Notes: generated by a model from the sequence alone, not told the origin. Counted from the first letter of the stretch, positions 41,405 through 52,095 are shown. The stretch: 64,000 nucleotides of DNA from Eubacteriales bacterium (GCA_045542335.1 JAZQKV010000086.1:69348-133347); one strand, 5' to 3'. Numbers and translations are program-made.

Positions 41405-43177
41405 TTATTCGTGATAGTCAATAACCTCATGAGGAACTGCCGCTTCTATCACATCGTAGAATCCCCAGAAGTTTTCGTCAAGATCCTTGAAAGGATTGCC
41501 CTCGTCTTCAACATATCTGTCAAGTCTTTCCTTGGAAGGAACTCTGTCAATTGCACGGTTAACAATCTTCACAGCTTCAGCTCTTGTGATGTCATTTTCA
41601 GGCTTGAATGTACCGTCGGTGTAACCGTCAACCATTCCTGCTGCCTTGAGAGCCATGATATATGCGTTCGCCCAGTGGTCTCCTGTATCGGGGAAGCTGC
41701 CATCTGCTGTAAGCTCAAGAGCAAGCATTCTGGAAATCATAACAGTGAATTCCGCACGGGTAATATACTCATTGGGTCTGAATGTACCATCGGTGTAACC
41801 GGTGATAATTCCGTTATCAGCACAGTATCCGACATATGCCGCATACCACTCGCCCTCCTTAACATCGGAAAGCTTGATCTCATATTCAGCCTTTGCATCA
41901 AAGTCTGTGGAAACCTTTGCAATAATTGCGGCTGCCTCAGATCTCTTGATGTTTGCCCCGGGCTTAACTGTTCCATCCTCGTAACCGCTGATGTAGTCAT
42001 AGTGGTAAGCCTTGTCTGCATCCTCAATGTCTGCAAACACGGGGATAAGCTTAACATCGCCGGTTATCTTGTAAGTGTCAAAGTTGATAAGTGTTTCGCC
42101 GTCAACTGTCCAACCAACAAGCTTCTTGCCCTCAGGAGGAGTGATTTCGGGAACATCCTTGGAGTTTATCTTGCTGTTTCTTTCAACTTCAACGGTAACC
42201 TTCTTCTTACCATCTTCAAACTCGCCGTCACCTGCGGTAAAATCAACATCATACTTTGTTGAACCGCCAACAACAACTGTCACACCGCTGCTGCTCTTCT
42301 TGGGAGTACCTGCAACCTGTGAGGGAACGCCTGACTCAGTGACATTGCCACCGCCGTCAACATTTACAGGAGTAATTGTTGCAACGTAGTCATCACCGTT
42401 CTTAAGTCCTGTCCACTTATACTTTCCGTCTTCCATGGGAACACGCTGTGTACCAACTTCTTCGATAGGGTTTCCGTCATCATCAACCTTTACAAGGTCA
42501 ATATCAACATATTCATAGTTGGGATCCTTTTCCCAGCCAATTGTAAGAGAACCGGAAGAAGCCTTTGTTGTTGTGGGAATAACTTCAAACGCTTCAATAG
42601 CAACGCCATCAACAAACTCGGAGTCTGCTGTCATAACTCTTGCAGGCTTGCCTACAAAATGAGCAAGCTCGGAAACGTCAGCCGCCTCTGCAAAAAGTGT
42701 GTGTGTTCTTTCCTCGGTCTCAACATGACCAAGAGTTGAAACATCGCCGTCTGCCTTGAGTGTATATGTAATTGTTGCAAGAAGAACAGCTTCTTCTGTG
42801 GCATCAACCTTTGTACCACTCTCACCATACCATGAGAATGCAATGGTTTCTCCGCCTGCAAGAACTGTTTCTGTTGCTTCTGCAACCTTCGCAACAACAA
42901 CTCCGTCTGCCGCTACAACAGTTTCAGCGAGCGTTGCCGCAGGCTCAAACTCAAGCGCTTCGTCAACAAGGTCAAGAGCAAGGTTTCCGGAAACTCCGAC
43001 CACACCTGTAAGATAAACTTCTGCGATAAGCTGCGTTGTGCCACCGATAGTCTTAACTTCGTGTGTTACATAATAGGGTTCATTTTCAGCCATTGCAGTT
43101 GTAAACAGCATACCGGAGCAAACCAGAATAAAGCTGAGAACAAGTGCAAGGATTCTCTGTGTCTTTTTCACTTTCAT
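41405..43177 (-). CDS. SLH-anchored protein: signal peptide, cohesin-like domain, FN3, InlB-B/Listeria-Bacteroides repeat, 3x SLH
   Basis: Signal peptide; SLH GY.DGT.KP...RAE x3; FN3 (LTIGW...GLKNG.DY); repeat F....G...P.IT..GK.LVGW; N-domain strand pattern like type II cohesin. Confidence 0.75.
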   Translation of the reverse strand: MKVKKTQRILALVLSFILVCSGMLFTTAMAENEPYYVTHEVKTIGGTTQLIAEVYLTGVVGVSGNLALDLVDEALEFEPAATLAETVVAADGVVVAKVAEATETVLAGGETIAFSWYGESGTKVDATEEAVLLATITYTLKADGDVSTLGHVETEERTHTLFAEAADVSELAHFVGKPARVMTADSEFVDGVAIEAFEVIPTTTKASSGSLTIGWEKDPNYEYVDIDLVKVDDDGNPIEEVGTQRVPMEDGKYKWTGLKNGDDYVATITPVNVDGGGNVTESGVPSQVAGTPKKSSSGVTVVVGGSTKYDVDFTAGDGEFEDGKKKVTVEVERNSKINSKDVPEITPPEGKKLVGWTVDGETLINFDTYKITGDVKLIPVFADIEDADKAYHYDYISGYEDGTVKPGANIKRSEAAAIIAKVSTDFDAKAEYEIKLSDVKEGEWYAAYVGYCADNGIITGYTDGTFRPNEYITRAEFTVMISRMLALELTADGSFPDTGDHWANAYIMALKAAGMVDGYTDGTFKPENDITRAEAVKIVNRAIDRVPSKERLDRYVEDEGNPFKDLDENFWGFYDVIEAAVPHEVIDYHE

Positions 43178-43250
43178 ACCTCCGTAAGAAAAAATGATTC
43201 CATGTGTCGAACAGATCCGCAAATAAAGACAATTCGACTTATACTATATC

Positions 43251-43279
43251 ATTATACTCTGAATCCACTTATTCGTCAA
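43251..43279 (-). promoter_or_regulatory. SigA promoter of SLH anchor gene
   Basis: Minus TTGACG-17 bp-TATAAT. Confidence 0.7.
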
Positions 43280-43345
43280 GTGCGAGTTGTGCACATTTGG
43301 TTAATTTTTTACGAACACAAACACAACTTCGCCCTTGATTTATCA

Positions 43346-43399
43346 TGTTTTCCACAGCGTTATGTTCCGCACTTGCCGTTCTCCATACCGCTGTGAAAA
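43346..43399. terminator. Stem-loop after giant protein gene
   Basis: TTTTC-CACAGCG-TTATG...CATA-C-CGCTGTG-AAAA. Confidence 0.55.
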
Positions 43400-43415
43400 A
43401 CTTCAATCATTATTC

Positions 43416-46400
43416 TTACTCTGCTTTGCGTCCAAAATTGCTCTTTACAAACGAGAGATCCATAACAGTTACCTCTCCGTCCTCATCAATATCAACCGCT
43501 TTAACGAATTCTTCGATTTCGCTGAGTTCTTTCGAGAAGCCTCTGATAATTCTGATAAAGTCATCAATATCAACAATGCCATCGCCACAAATGTCACCAT
43601 AATTTCCCTTGATATCACCGGCTACAAGGTCAAGTTCAAGATTATCAACAATCGTTCCGCCGATTTCGCTTGCAGAATCGTATGTCTTTATCTTCTTTGC
43701 AAGATAACCGTTCTTTTCAACAGAAACCGTGATTGCGCCCTCGGCTGTGATATCTGAAACATCAATGACATTTCCAACTTCAATGTAGTAGAGAGTCACT
43801 TCAACGCCGTCAACAGTTACTGTCTCAGACTTTGTTGCTGTGTTTTCACTCTCAATTGCAATACTCTTTACAAGAGTGCCGTCGGCAGTTCTGAATGTAA
43901 GGTATGCAGGGTTCTTTACTGCACTTTCTGTGGTTCTGTCAACATAAACCTTACCGCTTACCTTAACCTCATCCTCATTTGCCGTATATGCAATTTCATA
44001 AACATTGCCCTCTGCCGTAAGATCAGATGCGGGAATTGTTGCAACGCCGTCGATAACAGTGTATCTCTTGATTTCTGTGTCTGTGGTCTTATCCTTAAGG
44101 ACAACAGTTGAATATGTTGTTGTTACCTTAAAGCCGTCAAAGGTGAAATCTTCGCCGAGAGGATACGTCACGTTATTGTAAACCCATGTTGCGCTTGTGT
44201 CAACAATTGCTTCAACCTTACCGTCAGCAGATGAATATGCTACTATGTCTGCCGCATTTGCCGCAACTGTTGCGCTTGTTCCGTTGTTGAAGATAACAAC
44301 CTGCGTTGCAGTTGCGTTTGTGCCTCTTGCCTGAATGCCTTCGGTAATTGTACCGCCGTTCACTTCAAGAACTGCAACACCAAGCTGTGCGTTTGCACCG
44401 AGAGTGCCCGTGATGGTCTGCTTTGTATAATAACCGTCAGCATCGGGCTGCTGTGTTGCGCCGGAAGAAAGTTGTGACTGGAGATAAACTTTCTTTACTG
44501 TACCGCCGTTGATTATGCCGTGAGCATATCCGAATATGCTGTTGCGTCCGTAATCCTTAGTAGAGGCGTTATTTGCAATTACACCACCGAGAGCCATGTA
44601 ATTTGTTACATTTCCGCCGTCAACAATCAAGGTTGCAACGCCGTCAAAACGACCTGCATGAGTAATTCTGAAGTCGCTTGTATTGCCTTTAAGGATAACT
44701 GTCCTGCTTCCGCTTATTGCTTCAGCCACATTTACCGGATTGTTTTGGTTGTAATTTGCACCCGGTCCAACTACGCCTGCCGTGAAATTATTGCCAATGG
44801 TAATTGTGTTGGTAGATGGCTGCGCATCCTTGTAGTAATTTGAATGGAAAAGACGAATTGTTGAAATGCTCTTATTTATACAGTCATTATATGGAACAAG
44901 ACATTCCAAAAGCGTGCCTGTGCTTTCATTATAGTAAGCCTCGGCTTCGGTTTCGTAGTTTCTGGAGGAATTACACAGATATTCCACGCCATCAATGTTA
45001 AGTTTGCCTGTGCCGCCTATAACATTATCACCGATTGTATAATCGTAGTCCGTCGTGGGCAAAATCGGCTCCATGTTGTTTGCACCGATTGTCAACATCT
45101 TTATGTTATCAATAGTGGTATCTCCCTTGCGATAAGCCTTGAATCCTGTAACCACATAAATGGTTGAATTCTCATCAAGTCCCTTGATGGTTAAGTGTCC
45201 TGTATTTGTGGGGTGATACATTGTAACAGCATCAGTAACTATAAGCGTATAATCAGAACCGTCTTTTATCTTGGCAGATGCACTAACAATTGCGCATTTT
45301 GCGTTTTTCCATGCATATCCGTCGATTCCGGTCTTTACAACTGCATCGGCATCCTTTGTCAATGTTTCTGCCAAAGTATTTTTAATATTGTCCTTGGCAG
45401 TCTGAACAGAAGTAATAGTTACAGGGGTGAGAATTTCAAGCTTTGTTCCGAAAGGCTCCGACGGGTCATAACCGCCATCGGGAGTACCTGTCCAGTCGGA
45501 AATGTACCATACATTTGCATCCACATTCCACTGCGCCGTAAGTGTAACGTCTGCTGTCACACCGGCAATCTCATCGCCGGGCTGATAGGTTGTCTCTCCG
45601 TCGGACCAACCAAGGAACTCATACTTTGCCCCGTTGTTGAATGTGGGAGCTTCAGCAACTGTGATTGCCCCATTGTTTCCGCAGGTTGCGCTTTCGGGAA
45701 CTGTTGCATACTTATTTTCACCGTATGCATATGTTATTTCGTGTTCGATGAGATCATAAACAGCATAGAGTGTTGTTTCACCTGTTACTGTGTACTTTTC
45801 TCCGGTGTAAATCTCGCCGCCCTCGGTGAGAGACCAACCCTTGAACTCATTGATACCATCGGTAACTGTGGGTGTGGGAAGATCTGCAATAACAATATCA
45901 TTGCCCTTTTCAATGGTGATGGAATCAATCTCACTGCCGGCTGTGCCAACATTAAAGTTGACTGCAACATCCTTGTTCTTATAGGTTACAGAGCTTTCGC
46001 CTGTGCCGACTGTTGCCGCCGCAACAGTAACAGTTCCGTCAACTGTTTCGTATTCAACGCCGTCAATAACAACAAGCTCCTTGTCTGTTGTGAATACAAA
46101 GGAAGCAATTGTGTTGTCGTCTGCAAATACTGCGTCTGCACTACCGCCTGCTGCGGACTTGAGATAGTAGTCAATGTTTGCCGTTTCCACGGTATATGTA
46201 AGACCGTTGTTTATAATGAGAGCTGTGTCAAGAGTGTTGTATGTGGAGTTCTTTGCGGTAATCTTTGCAATTGCACCGCCGTTTACTATGAGAAGTGCCG
46301 AGCCGTTGATCTTACCGCTTGACTGTGCACCGACATACGCAACGCTGGTTACTCTACCACCGTTGATAACACCTCTTGCAGTACCTGTGTGAGAAGCATT

Positions 46401-49400
46401 TCCGCCGTGACCGCCTGTACCGAAGGTATGTACAGTCGCGTTGTCGAGAATGATATTTACGTCACCTGTAACCGCACAGGTATTGTAACCGGAAGCTCTC
46501 GTGTGTGCTATATTGAGTCCGGGGCTGTTGATTACAAGAGGCTTGCATTCGTTAAGAGTATATGTTCCACCACCATCTGAAAAATAGTGGATATAAAGAC
46601 CGGCAGAACGTCTTACCGTGGCACCTGTGTAGAGCTCTGTACCCGAAGTCCAGGAAGCAACAGTTGTTCCGTCTTCCTTATAGGTACAATACTGAACGTA
46701 AACCGCTGCAGGATAGTATTCAACAATATTGAAGTTGTCAAACACAACCTCCTGACCGTAGCTGCTGTAATATATCTCACCGTTGTTATTGGGAACGCCG
46801 GTAAGTTCGCCTGCCTCATACTTTGCTCTGTCGCCAAGGCGTATGGTTTTCACGCCAAGAACAACGTCTACATTCTTCCATGTGAGCTTTGCCGCATCGG
46901 AAATCTTGGAATGGTTGATATGAGTGTGCATATAGAATCTTGCACCGTCCTCAGCAGTTATGGTGACATCACCATAGCCGGCAAGAGAAGGACCGGTATA
47001 GACTGTATGCGACACATCCCCTACCATAACAATATAGTTTTCATTTGTCTTATAGGTGTCGGGGAAAGCAGTTGCAAGCTTGTCTGTTGCTTCCTTGATG
47101 GTGTTTGTGATACCAAAAGGATTTTCGGGAGTGAGACCGTTGCCTGTGCCACTGCTTGAAATGTAGAGAACATTTGCATCCTCGGGATATGTTTCCCAGA
47201 TACGCACCTCAACCTCAGAGCCTGTGTTTTCGCCGTCGGTATATCTCATGAGATAGAGACCTGCCGAAAGGCCTGTGATTTCGGTTATGCCTGCATCGTA
47301 GGATGTCCAATCGTCTGCATCATGTTTCTTGATTTCAAGAGCTTTTGATGTTGCTTCAGCAAAGGTGATCTTTGCGTCTTTGCCAAATGCCGTTGTTGCC
47401 TTTGTGACAGTGAAGTTTTCGGGAGCATCGGCAAGTACAAATTCAAACTCGTAGTCTGCAACGTTGTCAACCGAAAGAATTGCAACGTTTGTACCTGTGC
47501 CACCCTCGCCCGCCTGAGTGAGAGTGTAGCCGTAGTATCCCTCGGGAACGGTAACATTGATTGTGGGATATTCAACATTCGTTGAAAGAAGCTCAACACC
47601 GCTTATGTCGATTTCTGCCTTACCGTCCTTGATAGCAACGGGGATTTCATACCTGTAAACCGTGGGGTCAAAGTCAAATACCTGCTCAAGAGCCGCATTT
47701 TCTTCGTCTGTTGCGCCCTCGATTTCAATTGTCGCATTGATTATGGGCTCGCCTGTTATTTCGTCAACAATCGGCTCACCGCTTGCTGTGTCAACAAGTG
47801 TAATGGGGCTTACTGCGGAAATTGTCTTGTCAAGTCCCTCGGACTGTCCCCAAAGCAGGAAGAAACGAATGTCAAAAGGTGTGTTGTTATCTGTGTGGAT
47901 AATTCTGATGGTATGTTCGCCCTCGGAAAGTCCCTTTGCAAGATAATAAATCTTGTTGTTGGGGTAGGAACGGTAAATGTTTGCCGTCTGAATGGGACCG
48001 CCGTCAACGGAGTAAGCAATATTGGTACCGTTCTTGCTGTTCTGTGTACCATAGGACCATGTCCACAAACCGAGATTCTTTGAGTTGAACTTAAAGCTTA
48101 TTACGTCGCCCTCTTTGGAAGAACGGAAATACTTGCCATTGTTATCAACAACAGCATAGTTTCCAAAGCCTGCGGAATTGCCCACCGCTTCGGGAGCAAG
48201 CATGTATGCATCGGAGAGAAGCTCGCCCTTGTTGTTCTCTGTACAGTAAAGTGTCTCGGGAAGAACCTTTGCTGCGTATTCGGTTGCAGTAGGTGTGTAG
48301 CTTGTGGGAAGCTGTTCTTCGAGATAATCGATGATTGATGCAGCATAGTGTGCATAACCTGTATCATTGGGGTGAACGCCGTCAATAGTTCCACCGGAAC
48401 GCTCGAAATACTTCTTCCATGCTGCGTCTGTGGTATTAGGCCACTTGTTGCCGTTTTCTGCGTAAATTGTCTTTGCGAGCTCATGTCCTATATAAAGAAT
48501 AGGAAGATTGTAGTGCTCGGAGAGCTTTGTATAAGGTACACCATAGCTCGGAACACCGCCTGTTGAAGGGATATCCTGCTTCATTATACCGTTGTCACCG
48601 ACAACAAGGAGTACAATGTTTATCTTGGGATTTACCTTATAAAGCTTCTGGATTATAGATTCAATGTAAACATACTGCTCATCCTTGCCGTAAATGCCGT
48701 CATAGCTGTCGTTTACACACATTTCGATAAATACGATGTCGGGGCAATCGTCCTTGATAAGGTCACGGTCTGCACGGAAAATACCAAAGATAGCACCTGT
48801 ACCGCCCCAACCTGCGTTGCGTTCAACAACTGTAGCAGACGGGAATGTGGACTTGAACCAATCTCTTGTTATACCTCTCCAGGAGGTGTTGTTAGCACTT
48901 GTCGCACCTGTACCTGCGGTAACAGAGCCGCCAAAGTATCCGATAACGATTTCCTTGTCAGCCTGGAGCTTGTAAAGAGTATTTATAAGAGCCTCTGGCT
49001 TGTTCTGGTCAACGTTAAAGTTGATTGTGTAAAGAACGGTTTCGCCGTCCATGATGTATGCCTTATAGCCTGTGCCCTCAACTGTTTCGTATGTAACCTC
49101 AACTGTTTCGGGAGCAGTGCCGGAGTTGCCAAATGTAACAACAGGCTGAGCCGCACCGTAATTAAGAGCTATATTGTACTCTGTGGTATCGGCATCAAAG
49201 TCCTCGATTTCAATACCGTCGTAGTAAACCGCTGTCACGCCGAATACTGTAGTACCGCCGGTAAAGTTTACCGTTACAACAGCCTCTCCGTTGTCCTTGA
49301 TTGTGGAAACAGCATTGCCGTCGCCGTCAAGCTTGCCGTTTGTGATAACGACGTTGTCTGTATTACCCTTTGCCACAGCTGTAAGCACGGGGATAGTGCT

Positions 49401-51713
49401 TGCACCTGCAAGGTCGTAGTCATACTCTGTCACGTCGCCTATGGAAACGCCGTCAAGAAGAACATCCGTAACGGTGAAATCTCCCTCAAAATCGGAAACG
49501 TGAAGTTTTGCATCGCCGAGACTTCCGAAAAGGCCGACGTAGCCTATTTCAAATGTATCCTCAAGATGGTTTGCAACGTCATCGGAGGTGAGGTAAACCT
49601 GCCACGCTCCCATTGCACCCTTGGCTGAATAATCGTAGTAAATAACATTCCACTGATTATTTACAAGGGTGGGAGAATCAAGTGCCGTAACAAATGCACT
49701 TTCTCCTGAAACAGCATACCAACGCAAGGAGGGAAGCTGAGGAGCAGCCTTTGCCTTGGGACGTATAACAAGCTTCATAACCTTGTAATCGGTTGTCTTA
49801 TAGTCTTCTACAATACTGCCACCCGGGCAAACCTCACCTGTAGCCCACATGTCAGAGTTTTCAGCGTTGTCAAAATACTGATTACCGGGGTTGACAAGAA
49901 CATACTCTCTGCTGAAATCGTCAACCTTATTTTCTGTAAGACATCTGTGATTTTCAATGCCCTTGTAGCCTATTGACAGTTCAATAGGCTCAACCTCTGT
50001 CGTTGTCGCACCGCCTGTGAAGTTTACGGTATACAACACTTCACCGTCTTTCTCGATTGTTGCCTCTGCAGTGCCGTCTTCAAAGCTGAACTCTGTGTAC
50101 TCAACGGAAAGACCGTCGGTATTACCCTTACCTGCAAGGGTAACTGTGGGAACAACGCTTGCACCTGCAAGGTCGTATTCATACTGGGTAGTAGCGACAT
50201 CAAAGCCGGAGATTGCTGTTCCGTCTACCTTGATGCCTGTGATGCTGAGGTCACCCTCAAAGTCGGAAACGTGAGCCTTTGCATCGGCATAGTTTCCGAA
50301 AAGTGCAAGGTAACCGAAGTCTATTCTTGTATCCTCGGTGAGAGTACCTATATTGCCGGAGAATACAGTACCCATGTAGTATAAAAGACCTGCTTCAAGC
50401 ACGCCGCCTGTTTTGAAAAGGTCAGTCATGTCGTAGTATGCAACAGTCCAATCGCCTACAGTCTTTGTTTCCTTGGCATAGACAGCTGCACCGCCAAAAT
50501 TCTTGTTCATGGGTCTGAAAACAAACGCCTGAGTGTCAGTGGTCTTATAAACAGCCTTGAGAGCCTTGTACTGTGTCTGCTCTGCAGAAAGGTTTCCTCC
50601 GGGACCTACTGTCTTGGTGGCATCGGAAGAAAAGTTAGGTGTAATGCGGTGAACGGTTCTTCCGAAAATGTCGTTTTCATCAACACCGTTGTAGTATACG
50701 GCACAGTTGTTGGAAATATCACTATATGTATACTTGATGGGAAGAGGAGCTATATCGGTAAGCATTGCACCGCCTGTAAAGTTTACAGTATAAAGAACCT
50801 CGCCATCCTGCTCAATTGTAGCAATTGCAGTACCTGTCGTTGTGTCAACGTTTGTACATTCAACGGTAATACCGGATGCATCACCGCTACCTGTCAAAGC
50901 AACTGCAGGGACAGTATCCGCTTCGCCAAGATCGTAAGTATATTCGGTTGTGGAAGCGGAAAAGCCGGAAATGGCTGTACCGCCAACGGTGATACCTGTT
51001 ATGTTAAGCTCACCCTCGAAATCGGAAACATGAGCCTTTGCATCTTCAAGGTCGCCGAAATATCCTGCATAACCTATCTCAAAGGTATCACTTGTATGAT
51101 TCTGAGAAGCTTCCGATGCGTAAACATTGAACATTACGCCGTGCACACCATACTGATAATACGTTTTAAGAGCCTCTGTTGAAGTGTAAGAGTAGTATGC
51201 GGTAACCCACTTGTCTGCCTCATGAGACTTGCCCTCGTCAAACGACGCAGAGATAGTCTTTGCGGAAGTGTTCATTTCGCCGGATTCTTTATTTGCAAAA
51301 ACAGACATGGTGGGAGTAGTATCACTGGGTGACTTGTAAACAACCTTGATTACGTTGTAGTCTGCAGTCGCCTGTGTAAAGGAAGCGGGAGATACAGAAC
51401 TGCTGGGCTTGGTGGAAGCATCCGCTTCAATGATCGTGATTGTTCTTCCCAAAACATCCTTTCCCGTGGAAGCCTTTGCATGCTGGTCGTTAGCATTGGC
51501 GTGGTTGATTGAAAAATTGATGGGGGTAAGCTCTGTTGCCAGAACTTCAACCTCGGCATCTTCCTCTTTGGCTTCTTCCGTTTCGGGTTCTTCAACAACT
51601 TCTTGAGTTTCCTCAACTGTGTCCACCACTTCGGCAGCATATGCGAAAGTGTTGAAGCATGAGAAAACCATAAGCATTGTCAAAAGAATACTGAGCAATC
51701 TTCTTGTTTTCAT
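43416..51713 (-). CDS. Giant (2765 aa) secreted modular protein: 3x (CBM-like + cadherin-like) repeats, SGNH/GDSL hydrolase, two beta-helix-like regions, InlB-B repeats, C-terminal X-module + dockerin
   Basis: Signal peptide; GGSVTAG/NAGWGG/CVND/DGVHPN SGNH blocks; repeated AK.HVSDFEG...ITGI.V.G...F...T.EY; FKGWS/FLGWS repeats; duplicated EF-hand-like DGIVDIDD / DIDEDGEVTVMD...NFG. Confidence 0.8.
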   Translation of the reverse strand: MKTRRLLSILLTMLMVFSCFNTFAYAAEVVDTVEETQEVVEEPETEEAKEEDAEVEVLATELTPINFSINHANANDQHAKASTGKDVLGRTITIIEADASTKPSSSVSPASFTQATADYNVIKVVYKSPSDTTPTMSVFANKESGEMNTSAKTISASFDEGKSHEADKWVTAYYSYTSTEALKTYYQYGVHGVMFNVYASEASQNHTSDTFEIGYAGYFGDLEDAKAHVSDFEGELNITGITVGGTAISGFSASTTEYTYDLGEADTVPAVALTGSGDASGITVECTNVDTTTGTAIATIEQDGEVLYTVNFTGGAMLTDIAPLPIKYTYSDISNNCAVYYNGVDENDIFGRTVHRITPNFSSDATKTVGPGGNLSAEQTQYKALKAVYKTTDTQAFVFRPMNKNFGGAAVYAKETKTVGDWTVAYYDMTDLFKTGGVLEAGLLYYMGTVFSGNIGTLTEDTRIDFGYLALFGNYADAKAHVSDFEGDLSITGIKVDGTAISGFDVATTQYEYDLAGASVVPTVTLAGKGNTDGLSVEYTEFSFEDGTAEATIEKDGEVLYTVNFTGGATTTEVEPIELSIGYKGIENHRCLTENKVDDFSREYVLVNPGNQYFDNAENSDMWATGEVCPGGSIVEDYKTTDYKVMKLVIRPKAKAAPQLPSLRWYAVSGESAFVTALDSPTLVNNQWNVIYYDYSAKGAMGAWQVYLTSDDVANHLEDTFEIGYVGLFGSLGDAKLHVSDFEGDFTVTDVLLDGVSIGDVTEYDYDLAGASTIPVLTAVAKGNTDNVVITNGKLDGDGNAVSTIKDNGEAVVTVNFTGGTTVFGVTAVYYDGIEIEDFDADTTEYNIALNYGAAQPVVTFGNSGTAPETVEVTYETVEGTGYKAYIMDGETVLYTINFNVDQNKPEALINTLYKLQADKEIVIGYFGGSVTAGTGATSANNTSWRGITRDWFKSTFPSATVVERNAGWGGTGAIFGIFRADRDLIKDDCPDIVFIEMCVNDSYDGIYGKDEQYVYIESIIQKLYKVNPKINIVLLVVGDNGIMKQDIPSTGGVPSYGVPYTKLSEHYNLPILYIGHELAKTIYAENGNKWPNTTDAAWKKYFERSGGTIDGVHPNDTGYAHYAASIIDYLEEQLPTSYTPTATEYAAKVLPETLYCTENNKGELLSDAYMLAPEAVGNSAGFGNYAVVDNNGKYFRSSKEGDVISFKFNSKNLGLWTWSYGTQNSKNGTNIAYSVDGGPIQTANIYRSYPNNKIYYLAKGLSEGEHTIRIIHTDNNTPFDIRFFLLWGQSEGLDKTISAVSPITLVDTASGEPIVDEITGEPIINATIEIEGATDEENAALEQVFDFDPTVYRYEIPVAIKDGKAEIDISGVELLSTNVEYPTINVTVPEGYYGYTLTQAGEGGTGTNVAILSVDNVADYEFEFVLADAPENFTVTKATTAFGKDAKITFAEATSKALEIKKHDADDWTSYDAGITEITGLSAGLYLMRYTDGENTGSEVEVRIWETYPEDANVLYISSSGTGNGLTPENPFGITNTIKEATDKLATAFPDTYKTNENYIVMVGDVSHTVYTGPSLAGYGDVTITAEDGARFYMHTHINHSKISDAAKLTWKNVDVVLGVKTIRLGDRAKYEAGELTGVPNNNGEIYYSSYGQEVVFDNFNIVEYYPAAVYVQYCTYKEDGTTVASWTSGTELYTGATVRRSAGLYIHYFSDGGGTYTLNECKPLVINSPGLNIAHTRASGYNTCAVTGDVNIILDNATVHTFGTGGHGGNASHTGTARGVINGGRVTSVAYVGAQSSGKINGSALLIVNGGAIAKITAKNSTYNTLDTALIINNGLTYTVETANIDYYLKSAAGGSADAVFADDNTIASFVFTTDKELVVIDGVEYETVDGTVTVAAATVGTGESSVTYKNKDVAVNFNVGTAGSEIDSITIEKGNDIVIADLPTPTVTDGINEFKGWSLTEGGEIYTGEKYTVTGETTLYAVYDLIEHEITYAYGENKYATVPESATCGNNGAITVAEAPTFNNGAKYEFLGWSDGETTYQPGDEIAGVTADVTLTAQWNVDANVWYISDWTGTPDGGYDPSEPFGTKLEILTPVTITSVQTAKDNIKNTLAETLTKDADAVVKTGIDGYAWKNAKCAIVSASAKIKDGSDYTLIVTDAVTMYHPTNTGHLTIKGLDENSTIYVVTGFKAYRKGDTTIDNIKMLTIGANNMEPILPTTDYDYTIGDNVIGGTGKLNIDGVEYLCNSSRNYETEAEAYYNESTGTLLECLVPYNDCINKSISTIRLFHSNYYKDAQPSTNTITIGNNFTAGVVGPGANYNQNNPVNVAEAISGSRTVILKGNTSDFRITHAGRFDGVATLIVDGGNVTNYMALGGVIANNASTKDYGRNSIFGYAHGIINGGTVKKVYLQSQLSSGATQQPDADGYYTKQTITGTLGANAQLGVAVLEVNGGTITEGIQARGTNATATQVVIFNNGTSATVAANAADIVAYSSADGKVEAIVDTSATWVYNNVTYPLGEDFTFDGFKVTTTYSTVVLKDKTTDTEIKRYTVIDGVATIPASDLTAEGNVYEIAYTANEDEVKVSGKVYVDRTTESAVKNPAYLTFRTADGTLVKSIAIESENTATKSETVTVDGVEVTLYYIEVGNVIDVSDITAEGAITVSVEKNGYLAKKIKTYDSASEIGGTIVDNLELDLVAGDIKGNYGDICGDGIVDIDDFIRIIRGFSKELSEIEEFVKAVDIDEDGEVTVMDLSFVKSNFGRKAE

Positions 51714-51774
51714 GTGACATCTCTCCTGTTGTAAAATTTTTTCATTCCGAATGCAAAAGCATACAGATATAATT

Positions 51775-51803
51775 ATTATACATTAAGATGTATCAAAAGT
51801 CAA
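51775..51803 (-). promoter_or_regulatory. SigA promoter of giant protein gene
   Basis: Minus TTGACT-17 bp-TATAAT. Confidence 0.7.
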
Positions 51804-52066
51804 CAAAGAAAAAAAATTTCGGATATTGTTATAAAAATGTGCCGGCTTTTTTGTGCATATTGACAAGCACTTTTTTCTCAGAGAATTGCACATTTCCGTA
51901 CGCATTTTTCGTACACAGTCTATACACACAGAGTACAAAAAGATTGTCTTTTTTGGTCACAGTTTAGAGTAATGACATCTTTTCGATGAGAATCCGAATA
52001 AGCACATCCATTCAACAATTGCATCCGGCGATTTACCGCTTTGTTTCAAGCACGGAGACAACAGTA

Positions 52067-52095
52067 TTGACAAAAATAATGCTCTGTGGTATAAT
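52067..52095 (+). promoter_or_regulatory. Consensus extended SigA promoter
   Basis: TTGACA-17 bp-TATAAT with TG at -15/-14. Confidence 0.8.

Noticed and set aside
45195-46322. Long antisense ORFs (also 41348-42262, 27045-27737, 8420-9127)
   Set aside because: They are shadow frames opposite well-supported genes, with Cys/Ser-rich non-protein composition
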